Positions 46,429-55,667 of a DNA stretch of 62,000 nucleotides are shown piece after piece. The position numbers and the translations under genes are program-made. The notes under the pieces were generated by a model. It was not told the DNA's origin. It did not search any database and was given only the letters and a program-made list of their open reading frames with translations. The stretch is from assembly GCF_000737315.1 (NCBI RefSeq), contig NZ_JMCB01000001.1:20001-82000 (forward strand), written 5' to 3'. The stretch comes from Hyalangium minutum. Lineage in GTDB: Bacteria > Myxococcota > Myxococcia > Myxococcales > Myxococcaceae. Every line of letters begins with the position of its first letter. Position 1 is the stretch's first letter.

Positions 46429-47996
46429 CCCCGCGCACGCTCACCACCGCCGCGGCGCTGGCCGCGGCTCTCTCGTGCCTGCCTGCCGCCGCCCAGTCGC
46501 GGCCGGATGAGGATGCGATGTTCGGCGGCTCCTCCGAGAGTGAGACTCCCGCAGGGGCTACGCCCACGGCACCGTCCTCGACGAACGCCAGCGCTCCGCC
46601 CGCCCAGCCTCCCGCCGTGGAGCAGTCCGGCCGCGAGGAGACCCGGGATGAGCAGGCGCTCAGCGGGACGTCCTCGCAGGAGGCGTTCGGCTCCGAGGAG
46701 CATGTGGATGACCCGCTGAAGATCGGCGGCCAGTTCTACCTGCGCGCCATCGCCCAGGGAAACCAGGGCGTGTCCTTCGGCAGCACTCCGTTCTCCGCTC
46801 CCACGCTGGTGGATGGCTACTTCGATGCCCGCCCCACGGACCGCCTGCGCGGCATGGTGGTGGGCCGGCTCAGCTTCGATCCGACCCAGGGCAGCCAGAC
46901 CATCAGCTTCCTCGGCACCAATTCGAGCGATGGCAGCACCACCACTCCCGGCACCGTGCGGTCCAACCCGCGCGTCCTGCTGGATCAAGCGTGGCTGCGC
47001 TTCGACATCGATCACACGGTGTTCGTCACCGCAGGCAAGCAGCACGTGAAGTGGGGCACCTCGCGCTTCTGGAACCCCACGGACTTCCTGTCGCCCCAGC
47101 GCAGGGATCCGCTCGCCGTCTTCGATGCTCGCACCGGCGCCTCCATGCTGAAGCTCCACGTCCCCTGGGAGGCCAAGGGGTGGAACTTCTATGGCATCGC
47201 GATGCTGGACAATGCTGGGCCGGCCTTCACGCTCGGCCGCATCGGCGGCGCCGCTCGCGCCGAGGTCGTGCTGGGTGAGTCCGAGATCGGCGCCAGTGCC
47301 GTGCTCCAGCGCGGCCGCAAGCCCCGCTTCGGGCTCGATATCTCTTCGGCGCTCGGGCCGCTCGATGTGTACGCCGAGGCGGCACTGAAGAAGGGCTCGG
47401 ACACCCCACTCTACCGGCTGCCCGCGGGCGTCTCGATCCAGCAGCTCATCGAGGAGGCCGAGGACCTGGAGATCCACGGCCCGCAGGACCTCGTTCAGCT
47501 TCAGAAGCTGTCCATCGAGAGCTACACCCCGGGCGGGCTCACCCCGCAGGTCTCCGGCGGCGCCAACTACACGTTCGCCTACAGCGAGAACGACAGCGCC
47601 ACCGTGGGCGTCGAGTACTTCTACAACTCGACCGGCTACAGCACCGCCATCGCCTACCCGTACCTCATCGCGCAGGGGGTCTATCAGCCGTTCTACGTGG
47701 GCAAGCACTACGCCGGCCTTTACGGCGTGCTCACCGGACCGGGCTCCTGGGACAAGACGTCCTTCATCCTGTCCACCCTGGGCAACCTGTCGGACCGGTC
47801 CTTCACCACCCGGCTGGACGTGCTCCACCGCGTGCTCTCATACCTGAGCATCGAGGCGTACGCCGCCGCGAACTACGGCACCAAGGGCGGCGAGTTCCGC
47901 TTCGCCCTGGATGAGCCACCGTTCCAGGTCGATGGCAAGGCGTTCGTGCCTGCTCCCACGGTCCAGGCGGGCGTGGGCCTGCGCATCAACCTCTGA
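46425..47996 (+). CDS. Outer-membrane beta-barrel protein associated with the ABC locus
   Basis: Signal peptide; LDQAW.RFD..AGKQ.V.WG...FWNPTD; C-terminal beta-strand. Confidence 0.75.
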   Translation: MTPRTLTTAAALAAALSCLPAAAQSRPDEDAMFGGSSESETPAGATPTAPSSTNASAPPAQPPAVEQSGREETRDEQALSGTSSQEAFGSEEHVDDPLKIGGQFYLRAIAQGNQGVSFGSTPFSAPTLVDGYFDARPTDRLRGMVVGRLSFDPTQGSQTISFLGTNSSDGSTTTPGTVRSNPRVLLDQAWLRFDIDHTVFVTAGKQHVKWGTSRFWNPTDFLSPQRRDPLAVFDARTGASMLKLHVPWEAKGWNFYGIAMLDNAGPAFTLGRIGGAARAEVVLGESEIGASAVLQRGRKPRFGLDISSALGPLDVYAEAALKKGSDTPLYRLPAGVSIQQLIEEAEDLEIHGPQDLVQLQKLSIESYTPGGLTPQVSGGANYTFAYSENDSATVGVEYFYNSTGYSTAIAYPYLIAQGVYQPFYVGKHYAGLYGVLTGPGSWDKTSFILSTLGNLSDRSFTTRLDVLHRVLSYLSIEAYAAANYGTKGGEFRFALDEPPFQVDGKAFVPAPTVQAGVGLRINL

Positions 47997-48108
47997 CGTG
48001 CCCTCGGGGCCGCGCCCGTGTCTTCGAGCGCGGCCCCGAGTGTCGCTCGGGTGACGGCCCGGCGAGATGGGAGTGGCCTCCCAGGCTGCCTCCAGCGCAG
48101 GAAGAGGC

Positions 48109-49434
48109 ATGAACCGCCCTTCCGATGTCATCGTTCTAGGCGCGGGCGCCGCAGGCCTCGGGGCCGCGGAGCGGCTCGTGCGCGCCGGACTGCGCGTCAC
48201 GGTGCTCGAAGCACGCGACCGGGTGGGCGGCCGCGTCCACACGGTGCCGGATCCGTTCACTGGGACGCCGCTGGAGCTGGGCGCCGAGTTCGTCCACGGC
48301 ACGCCCCCCACCCTGCTGAAGCTCGCCAAGCGAGAGAAGCTCACCGTCAAGGCCTGCAATGACCGGCACGTGCGGTCCTGGAAGGGTCGGCTCCTGGATG
48401 CGGATAAGGCCTTCAACTTCGTCGAGGCGCTGGCCTCAGCGAAGCCTCCAGATCGGCCCGTGGGCGAGTTGCTGCGAGAGAGGGCTCGAGCCGAGCAGTG
48501 GCCAGCTCTCAAGCTCGCGATCGCCCGTGGCTATATCGAGGGCTTCTATGCCGCGTCCGCGGACACGGCCAGCACGCTCGCCATCGCGAAGATGGAGCAG
48601 GCGGCGGAGGAGCTGGGGGGGATTACTCCGTCACGTGTCATGCAGGGATATGGCCAGGTGCTGCGTCCGCTTGCAGAACGACTCGAGCGGCGCCCTGGCA
48701 CGCTCTTCCTCAACGCCGTGGCCGAGGAGATTCGCTGGTCGCGAGGCATGGTACGGGTAAGGGCCCGGACTCGCGAGGGAGCGCCTCTGGGCCTGTTCCA
48801 GGCTCCGCGCATCATCGTGACGCTGCCGGTGGGCGTGCTGCGCGTGCGTCCTCCCGAGCCCGGTGCCGTGCGCTTCATTCCGCGCCTCCCCGAGAAGGAG
48901 CGCGCGTGGACCCGCCTGGAGATGGGGCCCCTGGTGAAGGTGCTCCTGCGCTTCCGCTCGCCGTTCTGGAAGGACTCGAAGGACACGCGTCGCTTCGGCT
49001 TCTTCCATGCGCCGGAGTCCCCTTTCCCCACCTGGTGGACCTTGGAACCTCACCAGTCGCGGCACCTCGTCGGCTGGAGCGGGGGGCCTCCTGCCCTGAA
49101 ACTCTCGGAGCTGCCAGAAGCGACCGCGCTCGAGCAGGCGCTGGACACCCTCTCCCGCATCTTCCGTCTGCGGCTGCCGGTGCTCCGGACGGAGTTGGAG
49201 ACCTGGCGCGTCGTGAACTGGCAGCACGAGCCCTTCACCCGTGGCGGCTACTGCGTCATCCCCGTTGGAGCCGTCGAGGATCTGCAGAAACTGGCCGAGC
49301 CCGTGGCGGACACCCTCTTCTTCGCCGGTGAGGCCACGAATACCGAGGGCGAAGAGGGCACTGTGCATGGCGCGCTGGAGACGGGGCTTCGCGCTGCCCG
49401 AGAAGTCCTCCGCGCGAACCGCCGCACAGTGTGA
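48109..49434 (+). CDS. Flavin monoamine oxidase family protein
   Basis: DVIVLGAGAAGL, LEARDRVGGRV, ELGAEFVH, FFAGEAT..GTVHGA. Confidence 0.92.
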   Translation: MNRPSDVIVLGAGAAGLGAAERLVRAGLRVTVLEARDRVGGRVHTVPDPFTGTPLELGAEFVHGTPPTLLKLAKREKLTVKACNDRHVRSWKGRLLDADKAFNFVEALASAKPPDRPVGELLRERARAEQWPALKLAIARGYIEGFYAASADTASTLAIAKMEQAAEELGGITPSRVMQGYGQVLRPLAERLERRPGTLFLNAVAEEIRWSRGMVRVRARTREGAPLGLFQAPRIIVTLPVGVLRVRPPEPGAVRFIPRLPEKERAWTRLEMGPLVKVLLRFRSPFWKDSKDTRRFGFFHAPESPFPTWWTLEPHQSRHLVGWSGGPPALKLSELPEATALEQALDTLSRIFRLRLPVLRTELETWRVVNWQHEPFTRGGYCVIPVGAVEDLQKLAEPVADTLFFAGEATNTEGEEGTVHGALETGLRAAREVLRANRRTV

Positions 49435-49562
49435 AGCGCGTGGCACACCCCGAGGGCACTTCCCTGCACGTGTGCACGGGGGCCACGAGCGCGCGAGCAG
49501 AGGCACGACGCCTGCACCATCAGGTCTACCCCTGGGAGCCCCCACCCACCCTGGAACCTCAC

Positions 49563-50108
49563 ATGCTCCGCACTTCTTGCGCCCCCCTCTCCGCGCTGAT
49601 TCTGGTGCTGCTGTCCGCCCCCGCTGCCCAGGCCAGTGACTTCGGCCCCCAGGCCGGTGCCACCTATGTCAACCCTGGCCTTCTGCTGAGCGGCTCGTAC
49701 CGGCACTCGGGCAAGGGCGCCTTCGGACTCGGCGCCGAGCTCAGCCTCCACCACTTCACCAACAACGACTTCGGCGGATTCGGAGTCTTCGCCCAGTGGC
49801 AGGCCATGAACTTCCAGTACGACCGCTTCTGCGGCGGCCTGCAGGCGACCGATACCCTCGAGACGTTTCCCATCGGCATGGAGCTCGGCGTGGCATACGA
49901 GACCGAGGGCGGTGGCGAGGCCGCGACCACCAGCCTTCACTTCGCTCCGTTCGCCTCCGTGGGCGCCGCCACCGCCACCCTGCGCTTCGGCATCCCCATC
50001 GCGGGCGGCACCGAGGAGCTGCCCCGGCATGGCTTCGACGTGGGACTCACCCTCGCCATCAAGATTCCCCTACGGCTCGATGGCCCCAGCCCCTTCTCTG
50101 GCAGGTAG
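49563..50108 (+). CDS. Secreted/outer-membrane hypothetical protein
   Basis: Signal peptide; beta-strand-rich sequence. Confidence 0.6.
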   Translation: MLRTSCAPLSALILVLLSAPAAQASDFGPQAGATYVNPGLLLSGSYRHSGKGAFGLGAELSLHHFTNNDFGGFGVFAQWQAMNFQYDRFCGGLQATDTLETFPIGMELGVAYETEGGGEAATTSLHFAPFASVGAATATLRFGIPIAGGTEELPRHGFDVGLTLAIKIPLRLDGPSPFSGR

Positions 50109-50190
50109 GCCCATTTCCCACTCGCGGCGCAGGCGCTCTGACGCACTGACCCACCCACCTTTCAAGATATGAGAAAAAAATAGGGGGTAT

Positions 50191-50219
50191 GGAAACGGCC
50201 TGGGGAAATCCCCGATAAC
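50191..50219 (+). promoter_or_regulatory. Sigma-28-type promoter identical in form to the T3SS needle promoters
   Basis: GGAAAC-N15-CCGATAAC with an A-tract upstream, ending 37 bp before the ATG at 50257. Confidence 0.75.
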
Positions 50220-50256
50220 CGGAGAGCCCCCCACTCTCCTCTGGGAGTCCCCCCGC

Positions 50257-53046
50257 ATGGCCACGGACGTAAGCACCTCAGGCAACTCGAACGCCGCCGC
50301 CGAAGCCGCTGCACGCCGTGCAGCAGAAGCCGCGGAGGCCGCACGACGTGCCGCCATCGAGGCCGCCCAACGCGCCGAGCAGGCCCGTCAGCAGGCAGAG
50401 CAGGCCGCCAAGGCCCAGGAGCAGGCCGCCAAGGCCGCCGAGGGCGCCGCCAAGGACGTGGGGCAGGCCCGCAAGGATCTGGTGCACGGCCAGCAGCAGT
50501 TGGAGAACGCGCCTCCGGCTCAGCGCGAGGCCGCCAAGAAGAACGTGGAGAAGCTCAGGGGCGAGGTCGACTCCACCCGCGAGAAACTGAAGACGGCCAA
50601 CCGCAGCCTGCTCGACGCTGACACCAAGCTCCAGAAGGCCCAGGAGAACGTCGCCCGCGAATCCAAGAACGCCGAAGAGGCGATGCTCAAGGCCAACGGC
50701 GCGGCGAAGAAGGACACCCTCAATTACGCGGTCAACGCGCTCAACCCCTTCAAGTCCGCCGATCCCTTCAGCAAGGAGCAGCTCGCCAAGGCTGGCCCCT
50801 CGGCCACGGAGATCAAGGATGCCTTCGACGGCGCCAATGGGGCCGAGCGCGACACGCTCTCCAAGAAGCTGGGCGTCGAGGCCTCGAATGATCCGAAGGA
50901 GATCCAGGCCAACCTGGATGCCAACCGCGACTTCGCGCAGCTGAAGCAGGATCCGGCCAAGGCCAAGACGCTCGAGCAGCTGAACATCCGCGACGGCAAG
51001 GATCTGCGCGGCTTTGGCAAGAAGCTGGCCGGGCAGGCCGCGGGCACCGCCCAGGGCAAGGACGCGCTGAACCTGAAGGGCGTACAGGACAAGGAGGCCC
51101 TGGCGTCCATCGTGCAGACGTCGGCCAACACGCTCGAGGGCACGGCGAAGGACACGCTCAAGAACGAGCTGTTCGCCCAGCAGGTGGCCAGCGGCCAGGA
51201 TCCGCAGAAGGCCGCGAACCTCAAGGGCACGGACCTCGCCGTCGCCGCGCACAACAACGAGCTGAAGGACGTCGTCAACAAGCCCGTCAAGGACTGGACC
51301 GAGGCGGACGCGAACCAGTACACGAAGGCGCTCGCCGATCAGGTGGAGAAGTACAAGAACGATCCCGAGGCCGTCGAGTCGCTGATGACGATGTCGGGCG
51401 AGCAGCTCCACCGCAGCGCCCAGCTCGTGGGCCAGGGCACCGAGCACAAGGGCAGCAAGGAGGAGATGGCCGGGCTGACGGCGAACCTCAGCCGCATCGG
51501 CAACGCCGCTCCCCCGCGCGCCGCCGCGCAGCTGGCCATGGGCATCGCCAACGAGATCCCCGAGGACAGCGAGCAGAACTACGTCGATGACGGGTTCAGC
51601 AAGTTCGTCGACGAGGGGGGCTCCTCACAGTTCCGCGACACCATCGCCGCCGCGCTCAAGCAGGGCGGCAAGGAGGACGCCGCCGAGGAGCTCATCGAGA
51701 AGGGCGGCGGCAGCGGCCTGGATGACCTCGCTGGCAACGTCTGGGACGGCATCAAGGACGCGGGCGAGTTCCTCGCCGACAAGGCGGGAGACGCCGCCAA
51801 GGGCGCCTACAACTTCGTCTCGGATCAGGTCGTCGGCAAGCTGGGCGACTCCATCCGCAACGCGGCCGCCAACGCGCTCAACATCGACGACCAGATCCAC
51901 AAGCTGAAATCCCCGGGCGACAGCTTCACGGTGAAGGCGGGCGTCGAGGGCACCCTCTTCGGCGCGGATCTGGGCGCCGGCGTGGAGATGAAGGTCTCCA
52001 AGACGGACACGGGCTACTCCATGGAGCTGCAGGGCAACGGCACCGCCGGCGTGGCCTCCAAGCTCAAGCTGCCGGGGCTGACGGACGCGGAGCTGTCGGC
52101 CACAGGCACGGCCTCGGCCACCGTGAAGTTCGAGTTCAAGAACGCCCAGGAGGTGGAGAAGGCCTCTGAGACCGTCGCGGGCGTGGCCATTGGCGCGGCC
52201 GCCACCGCCGGACCGCTGGCCCCCGTGGGCGCGGCGATGCTGGCCTCCGCGGGCAACGAGCTGGGCTTCATCGGCGACCACTACAAGTCCACCACCCTGA
52301 AGCTCGAGGGCAAGGGCGAGATCTCCGGCGAGGCTGGGGGCTCCCTGGGCCTGCCCGGCGCGAAGCTGGCGGGCTCGGTGTCCAACGCGACGGCCATCGA
52401 GATCCCCAAGTCGGGCCCGCCGAACCTCATCCTCACCCAGAAGGTGGGCGTGGAGGGCAAGCTGGACGTGGCCGACGGCGTGGGCCTGCCCAGCGGCGGC
52501 ACGCTCAGCCCGGGCAAGCTCGACGGCAAGGCAGAGATCTCCATGGAGACCAAGGTCCCGATCGATCTCAGCCCCAGCAAGCTCATCTCCGATCCGGTGG
52601 GCGCGCTGAAGCAGGCGGGCAAGACGGCCGTGGACAAGTCCACCACCAAGCTGTCCGCCAACGTGGAGCTCGCCGCGGGCGCCGAGATCGAGGGCGGCCC
52701 AGTGAAGCTCAACGGCCGCCAGGGCCTCCAGGTCCAGCTGTCCGCCGAGGCCAAGACCAAGGACATCGCCGGCTCGCTGGGCAAGGCCATCACCGGCGAC
52801 CTCGGCGGGGCGCTGCGCACGCTGGATCAGGGCACGAAGGTGAGCGCCAAAGTGAGCGCCTACACCGATGACAAGGTCGGCTTCGAGGAGGAGGGCGTGA
52901 GCGTCGGCGTTGCCTCCATCGACGTGACCGCCGAGGCCAAGACGCGCAGCTCCGAGGTCCTCACGGACTTCAAGGGCACGCCGTCGGAGTTGCTCAGCCG
53001 GTTCGGCAGCGTGGTGAACGGCGTGGGCTTCACCCAAACGGCCTGA
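50257..53046 (+). CDS. 929-aa protein without signal peptide (coiled coil, hydrophobic segment, beta-rich C-terminus); candidate T3SS substrate
   Basis: Ala/Glu/Gln coiled-coil N-terminus; VAGVAIGAAATAGPLAPVGAAMLASAG segment; strongly biased codon usage. Confidence 0.85.
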   Translation: MATDVSTSGNSNAAAEAAARRAAEAAEAARRAAIEAAQRAEQARQQAEQAAKAQEQAAKAAEGAAKDVGQARKDLVHGQQQLENAPPAQREAAKKNVEKLRGEVDSTREKLKTANRSLLDADTKLQKAQENVARESKNAEEAMLKANGAAKKDTLNYAVNALNPFKSADPFSKEQLAKAGPSATEIKDAFDGANGAERDTLSKKLGVEASNDPKEIQANLDANRDFAQLKQDPAKAKTLEQLNIRDGKDLRGFGKKLAGQAAGTAQGKDALNLKGVQDKEALASIVQTSANTLEGTAKDTLKNELFAQQVASGQDPQKAANLKGTDLAVAAHNNELKDVVNKPVKDWTEADANQYTKALADQVEKYKNDPEAVESLMTMSGEQLHRSAQLVGQGTEHKGSKEEMAGLTANLSRIGNAAPPRAAAQLAMGIANEIPEDSEQNYVDDGFSKFVDEGGSSQFRDTIAAALKQGGKEDAAEELIEKGGGSGLDDLAGNVWDGIKDAGEFLADKAGDAAKGAYNFVSDQVVGKLGDSIRNAAANALNIDDQIHKLKSPGDSFTVKAGVEGTLFGADLGAGVEMKVSKTDTGYSMELQGNGTAGVASKLKLPGLTDAELSATGTASATVKFEFKNAQEVEKASETVAGVAIGAAATAGPLAPVGAAMLASAGNELGFIGDHYKSTTLKLEGKGEISGEAGGSLGLPGAKLAGSVSNATAIEIPKSGPPNLILTQKVGVEGKLDVADGVGLPSGGTLSPGKLDGKAEISMETKVPIDLSPSKLISDPVGALKQAGKTAVDKSTTKLSANVELAAGAEIEGGPVKLNGRQGLQVQLSAEAKTKDIAGSLGKAITGDLGGALRTLDQGTKVSAKVSAYTDDKVGFEEEGVSVGVASIDVTAEAKTRSSEVLTDFKGTPSELLSRFGSVVNGVGFTQTA

Positions 53047-53136
53047 GCCTCCGCACTGCCAGGGAGCATGGGTGCGGGCGCTCGGCCGCCCGCCGTCCCC
53101 GTGTCACAGCGTCAGGACGTGAACAGCTTCTGACCG

Positions 53137-53976
53137 ATGACTCCCTGGCTCGCACTCTCTCTTGGCCTGTGGCTCGGGCAGACGCCCGAGATCACTCCTT
53201 CCCTGCCCCCTGATGCCGATACCCAGGATCCCGCGGCCCTCGAGTTCCGGGACGCCTGGGAGCGGGCGCTCCAGAACGCGGACGCCACCGCCGAAGGACA
53301 GGACTTCACGGACGGCGTCGTCCAGATGCCCGTCTTTGAAGTCGGAGGCTCCAACCCGGACTACCAGTCCGTTCCGGTGACAGGCGGCACGGCTTCGCAG
53401 CCCACGGCGGACACGGCGGCCACAGGCACCGGTGGTGCGGGCACTGCGGGGACTACAGACGAGGCCCAAGCCCAGGGCACAGCCGCAGCCTCTGGCACGG
53501 GAACCACCACTGGCGCCACTGGCAACCTGCAGCAACAGGTGAACGCCCTGCGCAGTGAGGTTCAGACGCTTCAGGCCCAGCTCGCCACTCAGCAGCAGCA
53601 GGATGCCGCCATGCGGGAGCGCGCCAACACGCTGGAGCAGGATCGCCAGATGCGGCTGGACGAGATCGATCGTGCCCGTCAGTGGCTGATCGCGGCTGAC
53701 CAGGCGCTCGTGGCGGGCGAGCTGGACATCGGAGACACGCTCCAGGAGGCGGACGCGGCGCTGGAGCAGGTGGCCCAGAGCGCCACGGATGCAGGGAGCG
53801 GACAGACCGTGGTCCTCGTCGAGGGCGCGCGGACCGACATTGCCCAGGCGCTCTCCTCCACGGGGAACCGGGACACGTACAAGGCCCGGTGGGATCTGTT
53901 CTTCGCCTACGAGCGCCTCCGCGAGGCCCGCCGACAGAACCTCGACGAGGCCAGCGCCACCACCGTCACCCGGTGA
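53137..53976 (+). CDS. Secreted hypothetical protein with coiled coil
   Basis: Hydrophobic N-terminus; T/A/G-rich linker; LQQQVNALRSEV.. coiled coil. Confidence 0.7.
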   Translation: MTPWLALSLGLWLGQTPEITPSLPPDADTQDPAALEFRDAWERALQNADATAEGQDFTDGVVQMPVFEVGGSNPDYQSVPVTGGTASQPTADTAATGTGGAGTAGTTDEAQAQGTAAASGTGTTTGATGNLQQQVNALRSEVQTLQAQLATQQQQDAAMRERANTLEQDRQMRLDEIDRARQWLIAADQALVAGELDIGDTLQEADAALEQVAQSATDAGSGQTVVLVEGARTDIAQALSSTGNRDTYKARWDLFFAYERLREARRQNLDEASATTVTR

Positions 53977-54020
53977 AGGACGGCGCCGTCTTCACCGGGG
54001 AGCCTCAGGAAGGCTCGGGG

Positions 54021-55481
54021 TTACTCTTTGAGGATGACCAGGCCTCGGGACGTCTCGGCCGCGTAGATGTAACCGTCCCCAGTGACCGCCACATCACTGA
54101 GTCCCTCGAAGAAGGACACCCCGCGAGCCTTGTCCGTCTCGCGCCACGTGTTGAAGTAGCCCACCACGCGCGGCTCGTTGGGGTTGGAGACATCCAGCAC
54201 GCGCAGGCCGTCCTGGTAGTGCGCCACGTAGAGCTTCGTGCCCACCAGCGACACCGAGCGAATGGACACCTCCGGCCGGAGCGAGAACTCCGCCGCCTGG
54301 GTGACGATGACGTCCGGCGCGCTGACATCCAGCACCCGCAGGTGCGCGCCCCAGGCCTCCCCAGCCTCGAACGCAACGGTGCGGTTGTTGATGACGCCCA
54401 CCGCCGCCGTGCGGGTGGTCGCTTCCGGGTACGAGTACTTGCCCAGCAGCTTGGGCTGGCGCGGGTTGGTCACGTCCGACACCGCCAGTCCGTACGTCCA
54501 GTGGCTCACGTACAACCGGCCGCCGCTGGCCACGACGTCATAGGGCCGGTCCCCCACCGTCGGGTTCGTGTTCTCTACGTAGTACCGCTTGGCCAACGCC
54601 AGTTCCCGCGGGTTGGTGGCGTCGAAGATGAGAACCTCGGCGTTCGGGGAGGGCGAGGCTGCATAGAGCCAGTTCCCGTCCATCGTCACCGCGCGCACGT
54701 CCACGGCCTTGTCCGTGGGGAACGCCTTGACCGGCAACGGGGACCTCGGGTTCGACACGTCGTAGACCAGAACACCGCGCTTGGTGCTGGCGATGTACAT
54801 CGTCTGATCCTTCACCCAGACCTTGTGAAACGCATCCGCATCGGTCGCCGAGAGCACCAGCTTCCCCGCCAGGCTCGGCGCCGCGGGGTTCGTCACGTCG
54901 AAGATGTAGAGGCCCTTCTCGCTCGCGGCGATGTACGCGAAGCCCCCTGCCACGAAGATGTCCTGGGCCTTGGCGTCATCCGGCAGCGCCAGCTCCGAGA
55001 CGAACTCAATGTTGGAGCCCTCGGTCTCGCCTTCGCGGCGCACGACGCGCTTGGCCTGGAAGGTGCCCGCCAGATCCTGCGTGCCGTTGAAGCAGCGCCG
55101 GAACACGCCCTCCACCTGCGTGGGAGACGTCGAGCGGCACCCGGCGAAGCGAAACTCGAAGTTGCCGGTGCCATCGGTGGCAGCCACGTCACTGGACACG
55201 AGGAACAGCTCCGGCTCGATGCGCGTGCTGGAGATGGGCAGCCCGGAGATCGCGGGCTCGCCAACATACCGGAGGACCCCGGCCGACTTCTCCCCGTCGT
55301 CGAAGGTCAGGTCCATGTTCCAGATGCCCTCGGCCTTGATGGCTCCGAGGCCCGACTTGTCGCACGAGGACAGGTCCAGCTTCTCGTAGGCACAGTCATT
55401 CCGGGCAACTGGCGCGTTGGCTTTCCCACACCCCGCCGCGAGCAGCAGGGCACCCAGGGACACTGAAAAGAGGCGGATCAT
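54021..55481 (-). CDS. LVIVD-repeat lipoprotein
   Basis: Lipobox AAGC; repeated G.YAY.A....GL.I.DV.NP..P units. Confidence 0.88.
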   Translation of the reverse strand: MIRLFSVSLGALLLAAGCGKANAPVARNDCAYEKLDLSSCDKSGLGAIKAEGIWNMDLTFDDGEKSAGVLRYVGEPAISGLPISSTRIEPELFLVSSDVAATDGTGNFEFRFAGCRSTSPTQVEGVFRRCFNGTQDLAGTFQAKRVVRREGETEGSNIEFVSELALPDDAKAQDIFVAGGFAYIAASEKGLYIFDVTNPAAPSLAGKLVLSATDADAFHKVWVKDQTMYIASTKRGVLVYDVSNPRSPLPVKAFPTDKAVDVRAVTMDGNWLYAASPSPNAEVLIFDATNPRELALAKRYYVENTNPTVGDRPYDVVASGGRLYVSHWTYGLAVSDVTNPRQPKLLGKYSYPEATTRTAAVGVINNRTVAFEAGEAWGAHLRVLDVSAPDVIVTQAAEFSLRPEVSIRSVSLVGTKLYVAHYQDGLRVLDVSNPNEPRVVGYFNTWRETDKARGVSFFEGLSDVAVTGDGYIYAAETSRGLVILKE

Positions 55482-55667
55482 AGCCCCCTGCATACCGGGA
55501 GGCACGACGGGACGAAAGGGCTACCCGTTTGGAGACACCACGGAACAAGGAAGTACAGAGCTGAGCAAAAGCTCACGTTAGACTTGTGCCTTGCACTCCC
55601 CAGAGGGAGCTTCCATCCCTACGTACGCTCTGTCGCTCGACCCCCAACAGGCCCTGAGGTCGTACCT

